Assembly: GCA_951406725.2 (NCBI GenBank)
Contig: OX597830.1
Span: 28,892,001 to 28,956,000 of the forward strand
Direction: 5' to 3'
DNA length: 64,000 nt
Source of the DNA: Octopus vulgaris
Taxonomy: Eukaryota
Positions 43,639 through 57,643 of this stretch are shown here, one piece after another (the first letter of the stretch is position 1; every line of letters starts with the position of its first letter). The notes under the pieces are model-generated. The model saw nothing but the letters and a program-made list of their open reading frames with translations, did no database searches and was not told the DNA's origin. The translations under genes were made by a program, and so were the position numbers.

Positions 43639-43640
<2 letters not shown>
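43243..43640 (+). mobile_element. SINE family A, near full length
   Basis: gtggctgtgtggtaagtagcttgc ... cagtcaaatgactgaaacaagtaaaagagt. Confidence 0.9.
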
Positions 43641-43722
<82 letters not shown>

Positions 43723-43763
43723 GCATGTATGTACATATATATACATGTATATGTATATGTATA

Positions 43764-43826
<63 letters not shown>

Positions 43827-43947
43827 TATAATATATATATAGATATGTATATATACGTATGCGTGTGTGAGTGTGCATCAACTCGCTAACTTGCTAACAA
43901 CCTACTCCCCGTGGAAGTATTAATCAATTAACAAATGAATGAATAAT

Positions 43948-43989
<42 letters not shown>

Positions 43990-43992
<3 letters not shown>

Positions 43993-44062
43993 TTTGATAC
44001 TTTGATACTTTGATAGGTTTCGGCTATTATTGGCCCAGGCCATGTCTAACTTAATAGCACCA
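43990..44062 (-). mobile_element. CR1-like LINE 3' terminus with 8-nt tandem tail
   Basis: (TACTTTGA)3 followed by ggtttcggctattattggcccaggccatgtctaacttaatagcacca. Confidence 0.65.
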
Positions 44063-44324
44063 TCTATATATATATATATATATATATTCATATATACATA
44101 CATATATATATATATAATCTATGCATCGTCATGTTTGCGTACACCAGTCGACCTATATTCATATTCATATCGCTATGTATCCGTCTATTGGTCCAAAATC
44201 TGTCTATTTTTTTCTATATCTCTACCGTTGTGTGTACTTTTCTGTTTCTTTCTATAAATTCCCCCCTCACTTTTCCAATACGCATATTTTACACATTCGC
44301 ATACGCTCTCACAACATACATATA

Positions 44325-44446
<122 letters not shown>

Positions 44447-44504
44447 CATATATATATATATATATACATACACACTTGATGTTAAAAATTATAACAAAAT
44501 CAAC

Positions 44505-44568
<64 letters not shown>

Positions 44569-44583
44569 TAATAGTAATAGTAA

Positions 44584-44773
44584 TCCTCTCCACTATAGGC
44601 AGAAAGTATGAAATTTTGGAGGAAACTAGAGGACTAAAATTACCTCAGTGTTTCACCGGTACTTAATTTTTTGACCCCCGAAAAGATGAAAGCCAAAATC
44701 GAACGAGGCGGAATTTGGACTCAGAACATGAAGACGGACGAAATGCCATCAAGCATTCTGTCCGGCGTGCTCA
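44584..44773 (-). mobile_element. SINE family E variant (alternative tail)
   Basis: ggcggaatttggactcagaac...gacggacgaaatgcc..aagcatt..gtccggcgtgct matches 42068-42132. Confidence 0.75.
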
Positions 44774-44775
44774 AT

Positions 44776-45130
44776 TATAATAGAAATTTGGCTACTCAAA
44801 TCAAAATATGTGACATCTCATTGCCCTAACAATACCAATGATTGAAGGAGCACTTGGAATGCCCAAAATAGGAATTGAAAATATGAAAACATGGTATGTC
44901 TCACGTGGAGAAGAGCATTGTCACTATGTGAGTGATTACAGCCAATGTAAATTCAATTGTTTTGTTATTTTACCCTGATTTCTTTTTACTTCCGCATAAC
45001 CTATGTTGTAAATGGACCATCTGGTGTGTATATTTTAATGGCCTACCAAACTATACTGTGACTTGCTTCGTCTTAAGTGTCGGGAAGACACTCAGCAAGA
45101 AATGGAAACAATGTTGAAAGAAGAAAACCT
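44776..45130 (+). pseudogene. R4/Dong-type LINE endonuclease C-terminus and 3'UTR ending in (AAT)n
   Basis: YNRNLATQIK / M*HLIALTIPMIEGALGMPKIG resembles the KY.DL..EI..MW....IP.VIGALG motif of R4-clade elements. Confidence 0.55.
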
Positions 45131-45181
45131 AATAATAATAACAACAACAACAACAACAACAATAACAATAACAATAACAAC

Positions 45182-45249
<68 letters not shown>

Positions 45250-45268
45250 TAACAATAATAACAACAAC
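45131..45268 (+). repeat. (AAT)n/(AAC)n array
   Basis: Direct reading; poly-Asn/Ile/Leu pseudo-ORFs. Confidence 0.95.
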
Positions 45269-45865
45269 GTTTAAAATAGTTTCAAATTTTGGCACACAGT
45301 GAACAATCTTTACTGGATTAGACATTCGATTACATTGATCCTATTGCTTCGGTAGTACATATTTCATCATCATATATGCCTCAAATTAAATACACAACCG
45401 AAAGCGCTACTAATAGCTATTCTGATACTTGAACAGGCATATTTATAAAATGCGTCATGTGTCTTAAAGCAATCTTTCAGGCTCTGTTTATGCTTTATAT
45501 TTAATTTTTAGATATAAGGACGTTGGATAGTAAGAACATAAGAAAAAAACGTGGAACAAAGGTGAAAAATGTTGGTGCAAAAAGTAGAACGAGAAAAAAG
45601 AAACGAAATCAGGAATTACGATCCTCGTCCTCCCTGATTGCTAAAAACTCATTAAATACGATTGGTTTAGAGAACAATTACAGAAAATATTGTTCTATGT
45701 ACACACCTGCACAAGCAATCACACCTCTGTGTTACTTTTGTTTTAGATGTCGTCAATATTTAAGATTGATAATATATTTTCCATGGCCGAAACTATTATT
45801 TAGTTGCGTCATAGCCTTATAACTATACTTACGACTTCGCATATGTTGTAATATATTGCTATCGT

Positions 45866-46024
45866 AGGACGGTGAGCTGGCAAAATACTTAACGGCATTT
45901 TGGCCGTCCTTACGATTTGAGTTTAAATTCCGCCTTTCTTCCGTGAGGATCGGCACAAGTAACATTTATGCGTTATCCTCCACCCCTAGAATTGCTGGCC
46001 TTGTTTCAAATTCTAAGACCAATA
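45866..46024 (+). mobile_element. SINE family E, internally deleted
   Basis: ggacggtgagctggcaaaat...gagtttaaattccgcc...aattgctggccttgt. Confidence 0.65.
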
Positions 46025-46093
46025 CTTCCCAAGCACTTACACATCAATATTTTCCCTTTGTAGAATCAGAGAGTAAGAAAAATATGCATCTAG

Positions 46094-46450
46094 TGTAGGT
46101 ATGTCTGTGTTAAGAAGTTTGCTACGAAGCCAAGGGTTTCCGCTTCAGTCCCACAGAGTTGTGCTTCCGAGTTAAAACTTCCTGATATAAAACCTAGAAG
46201 AAAAAACGCCCTGTGAAAAAATTTGGCAGAAAGTAACTTCATAAACCGTGGTATACACAGAGACTCACATATATACATACATATACATGAGTGTCGTATG
46301 TTAGTACAAGCACGAGTATATGTGTGTGAGTGATAGTTCGTTTTTGTTTACCGGCTGGCAATCGGTACAGCTTTTTTTTTTACACCCCTCTCAACTTTTA
46401 TTTTTACGAAAGCGGGAACGATAGAAATTGAACTGGATTAGATCTGATGG
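46094..46450 (+). mobile_element. highly degraded SINE family A
   Basis: tgtgttaagaagtttgct...ttcagtcccac...ctgtga..aatttggcaga. Confidence 0.45.
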
Positions 46451-46474
46451 ATAAAAACCGTCATGAAAAAAGTG

Positions 46475-46528
<54 letters not shown>

Positions 46529-46692
46529 TACACACACACATATATTGATTGATTGATTGATACTAGTTTCAGCTCACGAGCTGTGGACATGCTGGGGCAC
46601 CGCCATTAAAAAATTTAAGGTCTCACCATATATATGCATCATATATGCATATATGCATGTAATTATAGGTATATAAATAGACAGACGCAAAC

Positions 46693-46755
<63 letters not shown>

Positions 46756-46898
46756 AAATCTATTCATGTAATTATTCATATAATGTTTTATGTCACAGTA
46801 CGGAAAACTTGGCAAGTAACAACTATTACTAAAACACAGAAACAAACGTTTTCATCTGTGATTATTGCCTGTTCATTCCATCTTCTTTATATATATAC

Positions 46899-46964
<66 letters not shown>

Positions 46965-47550
46965 GTGTGTGTGTGTGTGTATATATATGTATGCATATGT
47001 ACATGCATGTATGAATGCATGTATGTATGTATGTATGTATGTATGTATGTATATATATATGCATGCATGTATGTATGTATTACGTGCCTGTCTGTCTGTC
47101 TGTCAGTCTCTCTCTCTCTCTATCCATCTCTCTCTCTCGCTCTATCTATCTATCTATCTGTCTATCATATAGATATGTATATATTTGTATTCTATATTTT
47201 TTCTGTTCAACTTCTCCTACTCAGGGTCTTGATGTGCAACATTTATACGTACACGAAGAAAAGAAATCGAAAGATAAAAAAGATAATGAGGAATGTGATG
47301 GGAATAAGTCTGAGAGGGAGAGGAAGGCAGAGGAAACAGGCGATTTATGTCGTTCTGTATATACCTACATTGTAACCGGTGAATATTTCTATTAGCATCA
47401 CCTTTATATATGTTCCTACGTTCTTTTTGTATTCTACATATCATTTAAAAATACCCGTATTTCTCTTTTCACTTCAGTTCGTTCACTCCCGCTTGCTCTC
47501 TCCATTTTACTGCCTATCTCTCTCTCTCTGTTTCTCTCTGTCTATCCCTG

Positions 47551-47595
<45 letters not shown>

Positions 47596-47881
47596 CGCTC
47601 TCTCTGCTGTTTCTCCCATTTTCTGTCGCCCTCGCTGTTTCATTCTCCGCCTCTCTTTCTCTGTGTTGTTAGTTATCTGAAATTTTTTTTCCCTGCTGTT
47701 TTACAAGATTCTCTATTTATCCCAATATTCATGTATCTATTTTTATTTGCATAGTCTATTCCAATCATATATTTTAATCTCATTGTAATCTAGTATAATC
47801 TAATGTAATCATTTTGAATTCTTTTAAAATCAAACACAAAAGTGCATTCTAGTGTCAACGCTTCACTGTTTTTATACCTTC

Positions 47882-47914
<33 letters not shown>

Positions 47915-47997
47915 TGTATGTACGTATGTATGTATGCATGTATATTTATATACCTACATGCATACACACATACGCCTATATATATGTGTATGTGTGC

Positions 47998-48062
<65 letters not shown>

Positions 48063-48495
48063 TATATATACACACATATATTTATATATATAAATATATA
48101 TTTGTTACTTACTTCCCACGATACATTATAACGATTTTTACGTTAAACATCAATGATAATTCTGCCTTCATTCCTTTTTTTTTATACATTTCTCGCTTCT
48201 GTTATCGTTTAACCTGATCGGAATGACACACATAGATATACATACATGCATATCTCTTTGACCATTCCATCTTTTATTATATACTTTTATTAGACAACAT
48301 TATCTAATACATTAGTTTTAAAACCGGGAGATTCTAGCTGCTATTTCTAATGGGCGGATTGGCCAATTAACAATTCTCAGCTGTTAATTGATTTTATGTA
48401 GTTAGCGCTATTTCATTCGGCTATGCTTATGTTTGATGAATGAAATGAGTTAAACTTACATAGTGAATTATTTCCCACGCTATATGCAATAATAT

Positions 48496-48810
48496 GAAGG
48501 CGCATGGCTCAGTGGTTAGAGTGTCAGGTTCACAATCATGAGGTAGTGAGTTCGATTCCCAGACAAGACTGCGTGCTGTATTCTTGTGCAAGACACTTTT
48601 TTTCTTGTTGATCCAGTTCACTCAACTGTAGAAATGAGTTGCGACGTCACTGATGCGATCTTTGCATTTTGATAATACTTTTTGATAAGGCTAAAAAGCA
48701 TGTGCGAGAGCCGACCTTCTATATACAATCTTGCCCAAACTTGTGTCTCGGAGGGTAACTCTATGCGTGTAATCCCATGGCCATTCATAACCAACGGGAT
48801 CTTTACTTTT
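48496..48810 (+). mobile_element. tRNA-derived SINE family C
   Basis: A box TGGCTCAGTGG, B box GAGTTCGATTCC; colinear with 19601-19913 including ctcggagggtaact...aatcccatgg. Confidence 0.85.
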
Positions 48811-49199
48811 ATTTTATATACAACAATGTTTCCTTAGGGAAATCATTGATTGGTATCTTGTCGTATCCGAAAAACAAATTGAATGCCTAACCACGATAGG
48901 TCTCGAACTTACAAAACCAAGATAGATAGTGTAAAACACTCTCATAGAGGTGTTCCCCTCTCTGCCAATGAATATAGACTCGATGAATTCAGCATCGTAA
49001 TGTAATGAAATATCTAGAATAGTGGGTCTGAATAGGGACCCATATACTCCTTGGTCATCCAGATAAGGATCTGACGCTAAAATCTATGTACAATAAATTG
49101 TTTAGATTTCTGCAATGCATAAAACATTTTAACAGTACGTTATACAGATTCTAATAATATCTAATTATAAATTATAACACGATTTTTTAAACATCGAAT

Positions 49200-49550
49200 G
49201 GTTATGGGTCTTTACCCGAGTAAAATATGAATAATCGAGGCCAATAGGTAAAGAATCGTTGCGAAACATGGATCTAGAGGATATTTAAGTGTTAATTCTT
49301 CGTCCAATTTTCACAACATTCAGCGATTCAGAGATAGATATTTCTAGGTTAGTAGCCAACGTGCTTTGCGTTCATTTCCATAAGATTGAGTACATATTAG
49401 ATAAAAGAATTATTAGATGCAGATCCAAAAGTGGGAGATGTAATGGGACACTCGGTAAGCTTCATGTAGCTATGAAATCTTTCGCACATCGGCCTCTTAG
49501 GCTCTGAATGAATGAATAAATAGATAAATGAATAAATAAATAAATAAAAT
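49200..49550 (+). mobile_element. possible very old CR1/L2 LINE 3' end with (TGAA)/(TAAA) tail
   Basis: Weak RG..RI..KH and FSQ..IQ.*..V...F..LDK resemblance plus a short tandem tail. Confidence 0.3.
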
Positions 49551-49692
49551 AGCTCAAAAGGATGCACCGAATAATATAAGTTTAGCTGGTACTCAAACAT
49601 ATAGATTCTCACGGCTGGAGAATAAATCTATATCATGGGCTCTTTGAAACTCACAGTTGACTTTGAGTAAAAAAGGAGAGCAACAACAAAGC

Positions 49693-49875
49693 GGAGGCGC
49701 AATGGCTCAGTGGTTAGGGCAGCGGACTCGCGGTCGTAAGAACGCGGTTTCGATTCCCAAACCAGGCATTGTGAGTGTTTATTGAGCAAAAACACCGAAG
49801 CTCCACCAGGCTCCGGGTGGTGGTGAACCCCGCTGTACTCTTTCACCACAACTTTCTCTCACTCTTTCCTCCCAC
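49693..49875 (+). mobile_element. tRNA-derived SINE family B
   Basis: A box TGGCTCAGTGG, B box GTTTCGATTCC; matches 33802-33965 in reverse. Confidence 0.85.
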
Positions 49876-51224
49876 TTCTTCAATATAGCATAGGAACCAT
49901 GGTGTAATCCACTATGGTGTGGTAAACTTTCAGACTCTAGCCTAGATTGCGAATCCTCTGTACCCCAGGATGGTTCAGCTCTCCACCCATTAAAAGCAAC
50001 CATTTATGGAATGAGGATAACAACGTAGCTTTTGCGCCCGTGCAACCGCCAGTCTATCGCGTGTGGTAGGTGGATCTTGACGTTGCCGCAGGCATTCTTA
50101 GTAGCTTAGAGTAGGCTCGAATTAGAGATTATTCTTTGTTGCTAATGGCGTGAGTCCTGATTGGAAGAAGAAGAAGAAGAAGAAGAAGAAGCAACAACAA
50201 TGATGGTATAGCAGCAGCGATAACAACTGGATGAATTGATGCAAAAAGGCAATAATATGTAAAGTGTCTACTCAATGGGTTCAGAAGAAGGTTTCGAACA
50301 CATGGTCAAGTTATGATATGAAATGTAAGCTATCACCTATGTTATATTAAAAATACATACTATTCAATAAACGTGTATTTTTGCTGAGAATCAATTTTAG
50401 CGCAAATCATTTATTCATTTCAACACATCATAGACATTTTTGTTGCAGTCAATAGAATATATTGTGACCATTCTATTTCTATTTTTCACTTTATTATCAT
50501 TTTCTAATATTAATAAAAATATATTTATTTCAGAATAATAAGATACAGTATACACAGGTAGAAGTGTATAAATCTGTTTCATGCATACTGTAACATTTTC
50601 ATCATTTGGTAATCAGATTATTTTGAAAGAGGTCATAGTCTGTGTGACAATCATACTTTAAATAAACTACGGTTTTGCCAGATATTTATGTATCTACATC
50701 AAAATTTTCACCTTTCTTTTATCATTTATTTTCTAATAATTGATTCTAAACTAAAAACGAACGGTGACGAATATTGGGGGAAGTTTCAGACGCTGAAATT
50801 ATCCTCTTTCCTTGAGTTTTATATTACCTTATCGATCTAGGGAGAATAAAAGGCAAAGTATAGCCATAGGACGATCAGGCCCTGTGAGTGGATTTGGTAT
50901 GCGAAAATAAAAAAGAAAGTCACATTGTATTTGTCCCCGATCTCTCTTGGCAACCAGTGTTAGATTGCTTCCATTACCTTAAAGAAGCTGTTCGACATGA
51001 ATAATTACTAGGTTATTGGACGAATAATGGTCCAATAACTCAAACAATTAAAATTATGTATAAATTTATATGACTGTGTATATATTCAAACACACATACG
51101 TATGCGCTTGTTATTTACACATACATAATTACAAATAAGATTATGTGATGCCCAGAATTTAATGTTCTGATATATCTATATACAACTCTATCTACCTGTC
51201 ACACTATTCCTCCCTCTGTATGAT

Positions 51225-51424
51225 CGCGTGTGTACCATTAGCGATTTTTTTCCTCCGTCTTCCCTTCCTTGGATCTTTCCTTTTCCTATGTTTTTGACGA
51301 AGAGCTCCGCTCGAAGCGTTAAATCATCCTTCTGTCTTTCCTTTCCTGAGCGTCCAATAACACTATACTTGTTCCATGTCTTCGCGTTGTGTTTTCTCTT
51401 TGTGCTTTCATGTCTGGATAACTT

Positions 51425-51425
<1 letters not shown>
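51225..51425 (+). mobile_element. Penelope-like terminal fragment with hammerhead remnant
   Basis: Homologous to 543-745; ends directly in (TA)n. Confidence 0.65.
51290..51324 (+). ncRNA. mutated minimal hammerhead motif
   Basis: GTTT-TTGACGA-A-GAGC-tcc-GCTC-GAAG-CG-TT-AAAT; C3U and A15.1G changes relative to the consensus core. Confidence 0.55.
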
Positions 51426-51471
<46 letters not shown>

Positions 51472-52276
51472 ATACCCAGACATTAGGTAGGAGCTAGACA
51501 TGCCCAGTATAGAATATACGTAGCAACACTCAAATTGATTTTAATTTAAACGTTGATTTTCTCCTCCAGGACTAGGTCTATAGCATCACGAGTGGCTATA
51601 AAAGAAATCTGACGCTAGCTGATATGGAGATGGTGATACCTTATCTTGCTCCATAGTTGCTGGATCTTCGCACAATACTAACCACCGTACTTATATGTTG
51701 TTTTGCAGGGAATCGCACGGTATCCTTCAATATCATAGCTTCTTCTTAATCAAAAGGTTCTCTGACGTACTCTTCGCGTGTAGGCACAACTTTTTTCCAC
51801 CTTTGCCCATTACATAAAGTCTTTATGATTTTGTCTTATAATCTATAAGCTCTTACTTATTACTTAGCTATGCTAGCTGTATTTTTTCTCTATTCCCTTT
51901 GTACCATGCAACCTATGTTAGCATATCTAGCACCGCTATCCCACCTCCCTTACTTTCGATCATCACTTTTCCCGTTGTATTGCGAGCTACTATCCCTAAT
52001 TGAATTAAAGTCTCCTTATTGACATTCCCAACCATCAGTGGCTTTCCATTTCACCACACTGACCTTACACTTTCCTCCTTCAATCTTCTCTTCCTTTCGT
52101 ATATTCCCCTAGGGCATAGACACCCATCTCCTTCTCCCTAGTTTGCCTTTCTTGTTCATTACATATGTTCCCCCTTCCGACGCCGCTATACCCCCCCCCT
52201 CAACCTACTCTTTGCTGTAATTTATCACCTCTCACTCTTCAAATTTTAAATTTCTCGCACTAAAATATGCCTTTCT

Positions 52277-52367
52277 AAATTTTATCCTGATAGTTGCCTG
52301 TTGCACTTTCGATCAGTATTATTAAATATTTCCGAGCTTCCTGAAACAGCGGTCGGGTTAAAAATTT
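52277..52367 (+). ncRNA. degenerate long-stem-II hammerhead motif
   Basis: AAATTTTATC-CTGATAG...GAAA-CAGCGG-TC-GGGTTAAAAATTT; stem I complementarity and near-palindromic ACAGC(G)GT as at 32870. Confidence 0.45.
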
Positions 52368-52644
52368 ATCTGCTATCTTCTAAGAATTCTGTATTACTTA
52401 AGATCTATGGAAATATATTTTGTATGCATATATATTCTTTATCATATTTTAAGAAAGTAATACAACATAGAGGTCTATATTCAATAGATACACACGCTAA
52501 AGCACAATGCTCAATTTCACAGCTAATTAAATTACAATGAAGAGTTCATCTCAAAATGACTGCCTCCCTGCCATATTCAGACTGAAAGGTATTTTTTCAT
52601 TAACAGTATAAAAGAATGAACTTGCGAAAACCTTTCTATTCAAC

Positions 52645-52796
52645 AGGCGCAGGAGTCGCTGTGTAGCAAGAAGTTTACTTCACAGCCACATAATGTTGGA
52701 TTTAGTTACACTGTGATGCATGTTGGCCAAGGGTTTTCTTTTATAGCTTGTACCCTACTAAAAACGTCTGAGTGGATTTGGTAGACAGAAACTGGA
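52645..52796 (+). mobile_element. degraded SINE family A 5' half
   Basis: aggcgcaggagtcgctgtgtagcaagaagttt...gagtggatttggtagacagaaactg. Confidence 0.7.
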
Positions 52797-53392
52797 TTTG
52801 ACATAATTTTTTTTGAAGTACGATACTCCAATACCCAAAACAGTTGTGTTGCATATAAAGAAGTAGTCTGAATTTTTCTGGGGCATATTTCTGAAAATAA
52901 AAGTGAATCGTAAAAGACGTCAGATACAGTAGATATTAAATACTCCTAAGTTATTACGTTCGACGCACTTCTGAAGATATTAATAATATTAATATAGTTT
53001 ATCTGCTTAACGCCATTCTTAATTTCTATCAATCTATCATTAAATTCGATGTCGACTATTGTTATTTCTGCTGGTGTTGTTCTTATTGTTTTCCATATCT
53101 CGCTAGAATTTCTTCTTTAAAATACCCACCCCCAAAACAAAAGCACAAACAAACAAGGAAAACCAAAAAACAAAACAGAAAATAAAAAAAGAAATGCAAG
53201 ACAAAATAAAAAAGCAATCGTATTGTGTGATTTTGTAAGATTAATCAGTATAAGGTGTAACATTATTTACAATGATGTCACATATCTATTTTGTACTCAA
53301 TAATATTGCCTTTATATTAATCATTGGTATACATACTTATACATATATGCATAAATGTGTGTGAATATCTATCTATCTATCCATCTATCTAC

Positions 53393-53435
<43 letters not shown>

Positions 53436-53465
53436 GCTATCTATCTGCCTGTATATCTGTCTGTC

Positions 53466-53541
<76 letters not shown>

Positions 53542-53737
53542 CATACACACACAGGGAGAGAGACAGATAGATTTAGATGGATTGACAGATGCTTAGATAG
53601 AAAGCCTCCCCAAAATGTACACAAACAGGCAAAGAAATACATAATGTATACATACATCTTTGTACATGCACACACATGTGAATAAACAATCATTTATATT
53701 TACATGAAAAACATAATACCAATGTTTAGGAAAAATG

Positions 53738-53769
<32 letters not shown>

Positions 53770-54687
53770 TACACGCATCTACATATCCGAGCATACTTGA
53801 AAAGACGAGGACACCCAAGAACGCATAAATGTACATATGCACACATATATATGTGTGTTCGACTGCGACCAAGTTTGTATTTTTGCTTCTATTTGCAATG
53901 TTTTATAAGATTAGATAGCTTTTAGACTTAATCTTATCAGTTATTTGTCATATTTGTCTAGGTACTATTTAGGTATTTCATGAAATTTAAATAACAATAT
54001 TTAATATCATGTCTACATACACAAAGACATACGCACACACACACACAAGTAATTTTTGCATATACATACATATGTATATTCATACTTGTGAACAACCCAA
54101 CCAAGAGCCAATCTCATAGACGTTTGTCAACTCTTTATGTGTATATGTTTGTGCGTTCCTCTGTGTGTATGTATGTGTGCAATTTGTTCTTCTTCGAGTT
54201 GAAGGTGAGTACATAATTTGAGGTAGATATGGCTAGTATTTGCAAAATATCAAGTGATTTCAAAGAGGTTCCTTTTAAAAAAGGGACCTTTGTTAGTTCA
54301 TGTGTGATAGTTCGATCTTAAATGTAAGTGATGGCTTGGTGAGAAAATTAACCTGTATTAAAATGCGGTGTAGATAATTTTGCTGACGGGAAGTAACAAT
54401 TTCTAAGAATTTTAAATGAAAACAAGCTTTTGAATTTGAACTTGCTTCTTGTAGAAAGTAAGGAATTACTCAGAAGTATTCTAGATTCTGAATGAATTCT
54501 TTTGGTAGAGTACATCTCATTTTACGACATACACAGACACACTAACTCACAAACACAGACACACAGACACAGATATATACGGGATTCACGACCACCACAT
54601 ATATGGACACTCACGCGACAGAGATATACACACACAGACACACACGTATAAATATATAAACATATATATACGTAATATATAAATACA

Positions 54688-54720
<33 letters not shown>

Positions 54721-54783
54721 GTGTGTGTGTGTGTGTGTATCTGTATGTTTATACATAGATATAAACATACATATACATATACA

Positions 54784-54855
<72 letters not shown>

Positions 54856-55725
54856 TATGCATAGTGAGAGTGACAGAAATAAAATTCTACCATATATAAA
54901 TTACAGAAATGCAATAGAAATACTGAAAGAGAAAAAGAAAGACATCAAACAATTTGTATGACTATTGCTTCTGAAACAGCAAAAAGACAATCGATGACCC
55001 GACGTAAAGAAATTGAGAAACAAAGGAACGCTCAACTGTTACATCGGCTGACATGATGTAAATAAAAGCATAAAAGGATATTTCAGTCATAAGAACAATA
55101 TAACATATCCGCCATTTTTGTTGCGGCGATCTAAGATTTACGTTTGAATTTTATAGCGAAAATATGTTCAATGTATAAACGTAGTTGTTTCGAACGATAT
55201 AAAATAAAAAGATTTTGTATATATCCGTATATGTCTATCAATTTCTCCAGCAACACACACACACACACAAATATATATGTATCTACGTATGTAGATATGT
55301 GTGTGTGTATGTATGCGTGTGTGTATATACACATACATATATACATATATATACTATATATATTCTATATATATATTTCTCTATATATACACATATACTT
55401 ATACTATAAATATATATATGTCTATATATATATGTATGTGTGAGTGTACACACTCACACATACACACACATACAGAAACATGCACATACGCATACACAGG
55501 CAGAAACTCATACACATCGGCATAGACATATGTATATACTACGTACATGTGTGTGTCTGTGTGTGTCTCGAGGTGTATATATGTGCGTATTTTCGTATAT
55601 ACATATCCATATATACATACATACAAACATACATACATACATATATACACACACACACACATACATAAATAAATGCGTATCTTGCCCTCTGGCAATAATT
55701 GTTTCTCTAGGTGCGTGTATCTACC

Positions 55726-55794
<69 letters not shown>

Positions 55795-55795
55795 A

Positions 55796-55861
<66 letters not shown>

Positions 55862-55889
55862 CTTCTCTATCTGTCTATCTTTCTTACTG

Positions 55890-56200
55890 CTCTGTCACTC
55901 TTCCCGGGAGGGTTATGGAGCAGATTTCTTAAGCACATCTGCCATGGAGTCTAATCCCGACTAACTGAGACTAGCTATTATCCCATGATTTTAGTATCAG
56001 TCGATCCTGAAATCTCCAGCCTGCCAGCTGGCCATGCAGTATCCTTTTTGCAATTTTTTCTTGACGTTCTGCTCACTTATCCGTGATACCAGATTTCTCA
56101 GCTTTCAATTTTGACACGTAGCAGCTTCACTTGGAGATTTCCCCGGATCTCTGCCCTATGCACATTATCAAGTGACGTTATTGCTTCCGAAGAATCCCAC
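55890..56200 (-). pseudogene. RTE-clade (Expander/Rex3-like) LINE C-terminal remnant
   Basis: Reverse strand WYHG*VSRT/QEKIAKRILHGQLAGWRFQDRL..SWDN and terminal LL(P)*PSREE, followed by (GATA)n. Confidence 0.5.
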
Positions 56201-56284
56201 CTCAGCCGCTTTTGTTCGAGAACAAATACAAACGGACAACACCCACCATTCACGGTCACACACGGACACATGTACATACATGAT

Positions 56285-56445
56285 TAGTTTCCTTACCAAG
56301 CACATGGTCCTAGGTTCAGTCCCACTGCATGGCACCTTGGGCAAGTGTTTTCTACTATGGCCTCGAGCTGACAAAAGCCTTGTCAGTGGATTTTGTAGAC
56401 GGAAACTGAAAGAAGCCCGTCGCATATATATATATATATGTACAT

Positions 56446-56480
<35 letters not shown>

Positions 56481-56716
56481 CATATATATATATGTACTTA
56501 TGTATATACATATTTATACGTATATGCATGTGTTTGTGTGTTTGTGTATATGTATATGTTTGTGTATCTGTGTTTGTTCCACCGCCATCGCTTGACAGTC
56601 GGTTTTGGTGTAATAATACGCTTACGAACAATAAGTCCTGGGGTCGATTTGTTTGACTAAATGTGGTGCTCCAGCATGGCCGCTGTAAAATAGCTGAAAC
56701 AAATAAAAGAATAAAA
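56285..56716 (+). mobile_element. SINE family A
   Basis: cacatggtcctaggttcagtcccactgcatggcaccttgggcaagtg ... gtggtgctccagcatggccgc. Confidence 0.85.
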
Positions 56717-56726
56717 AATATATGTA

Positions 56727-56870
56727 GCTGCATGAGTGGCTGTGTGGTTGGAGTCTTTATAAACAACTACATGGTTGTGGGTTCAGACCCACTGCGTAGC
56801 ACCTTGAGTAACTGTCTTCTACTGTGGCCTCGTGAAAAATATCGTAGACGGAAACTGAAAGAAGCCCGTC
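56727..56870 (+). mobile_element. SINE family A 5' half
   Basis: gagtggctgtgtggt...gggttcagacccactgcgtagcaccttg...gtagacggaaactgaaagaagcccgtc. Confidence 0.8.
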
Positions 56871-56902
56871 ACACACACACACATATATATACATAGACAT
56901 TC

Positions 56903-57091
56903 CTTCTTTTACTTGTTTCAGTCATTTGACAGCGGCCGTGCTTGAGTAAACACTCAGGACTTTTTTAAAACCTAGTGCTTATTCTATCGATCTCCTTTTA
57001 ACAGAACCGCTCCGTAATTTTGACGTAAATACACCAACACCGATTAGGGGTGAGCACACACAGAGGTACAAAGTCAGACATAGATATATAG

Positions 57092-57131
<40 letters not shown>

Positions 57132-57222
57132 GCATACATATATCTTGATATGTCCACTCTACCAAATCTACTCTCAAGGCTTCGGTCGGACAGAGTCTAT
57201 TGTAGAAGACACTTGCTTAAAG
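56903..57222 (-). mobile_element. SINE family A, degraded
   Basis: cttttacttgtttcagtcatttgacagcggcc ... ctaccaaatctactctcaaggc..gtagaagacacttgc. Confidence 0.8.
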
Positions 57223-57321
57223 TATATTTATTTAATTGGTTCCTTTATTTGTTTCAGACAGGAGACTGAATTCGTGCTGTAGCTCTACCCTTTCCTAGTT
57301 ATAGCCTCAGAATGCCGGGTA

Positions 57322-57524
57322 CCTGGTTTCTGTGCTGTATATATAATTGTCCCCCACTTGATGCTACACCGATCCATCACAGAATCACTCATTCTGGCAG
57401 TAGAGTGGACTGCAATATCATGAATGGAAATGATTTGTTTAAAAACGCATCAAATTATCCGGTCAACAAATAGAAACTACTATCTTACAATCCTGAGTGC
57501 AATCGCTCAGCCACGCATCTTCAC
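57322..57524 (-). mobile_element. old tRNA-derived SINE related to families C/D
   Basis: actcattctggcagtagagtggactg...tcttacaatcctgagt...agccacgcatcttcac resembles 34235-34376. Confidence 0.45.
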
Positions 57525-57643
57525 ACACCTTCACACACATATATATTACAAAGGAGACACACGTACAAGCACACACAAACACACATACACACATACACAT
57601 ATATACACACATATTAAACTTTCAAAATAATTCAGTAGAGAGT

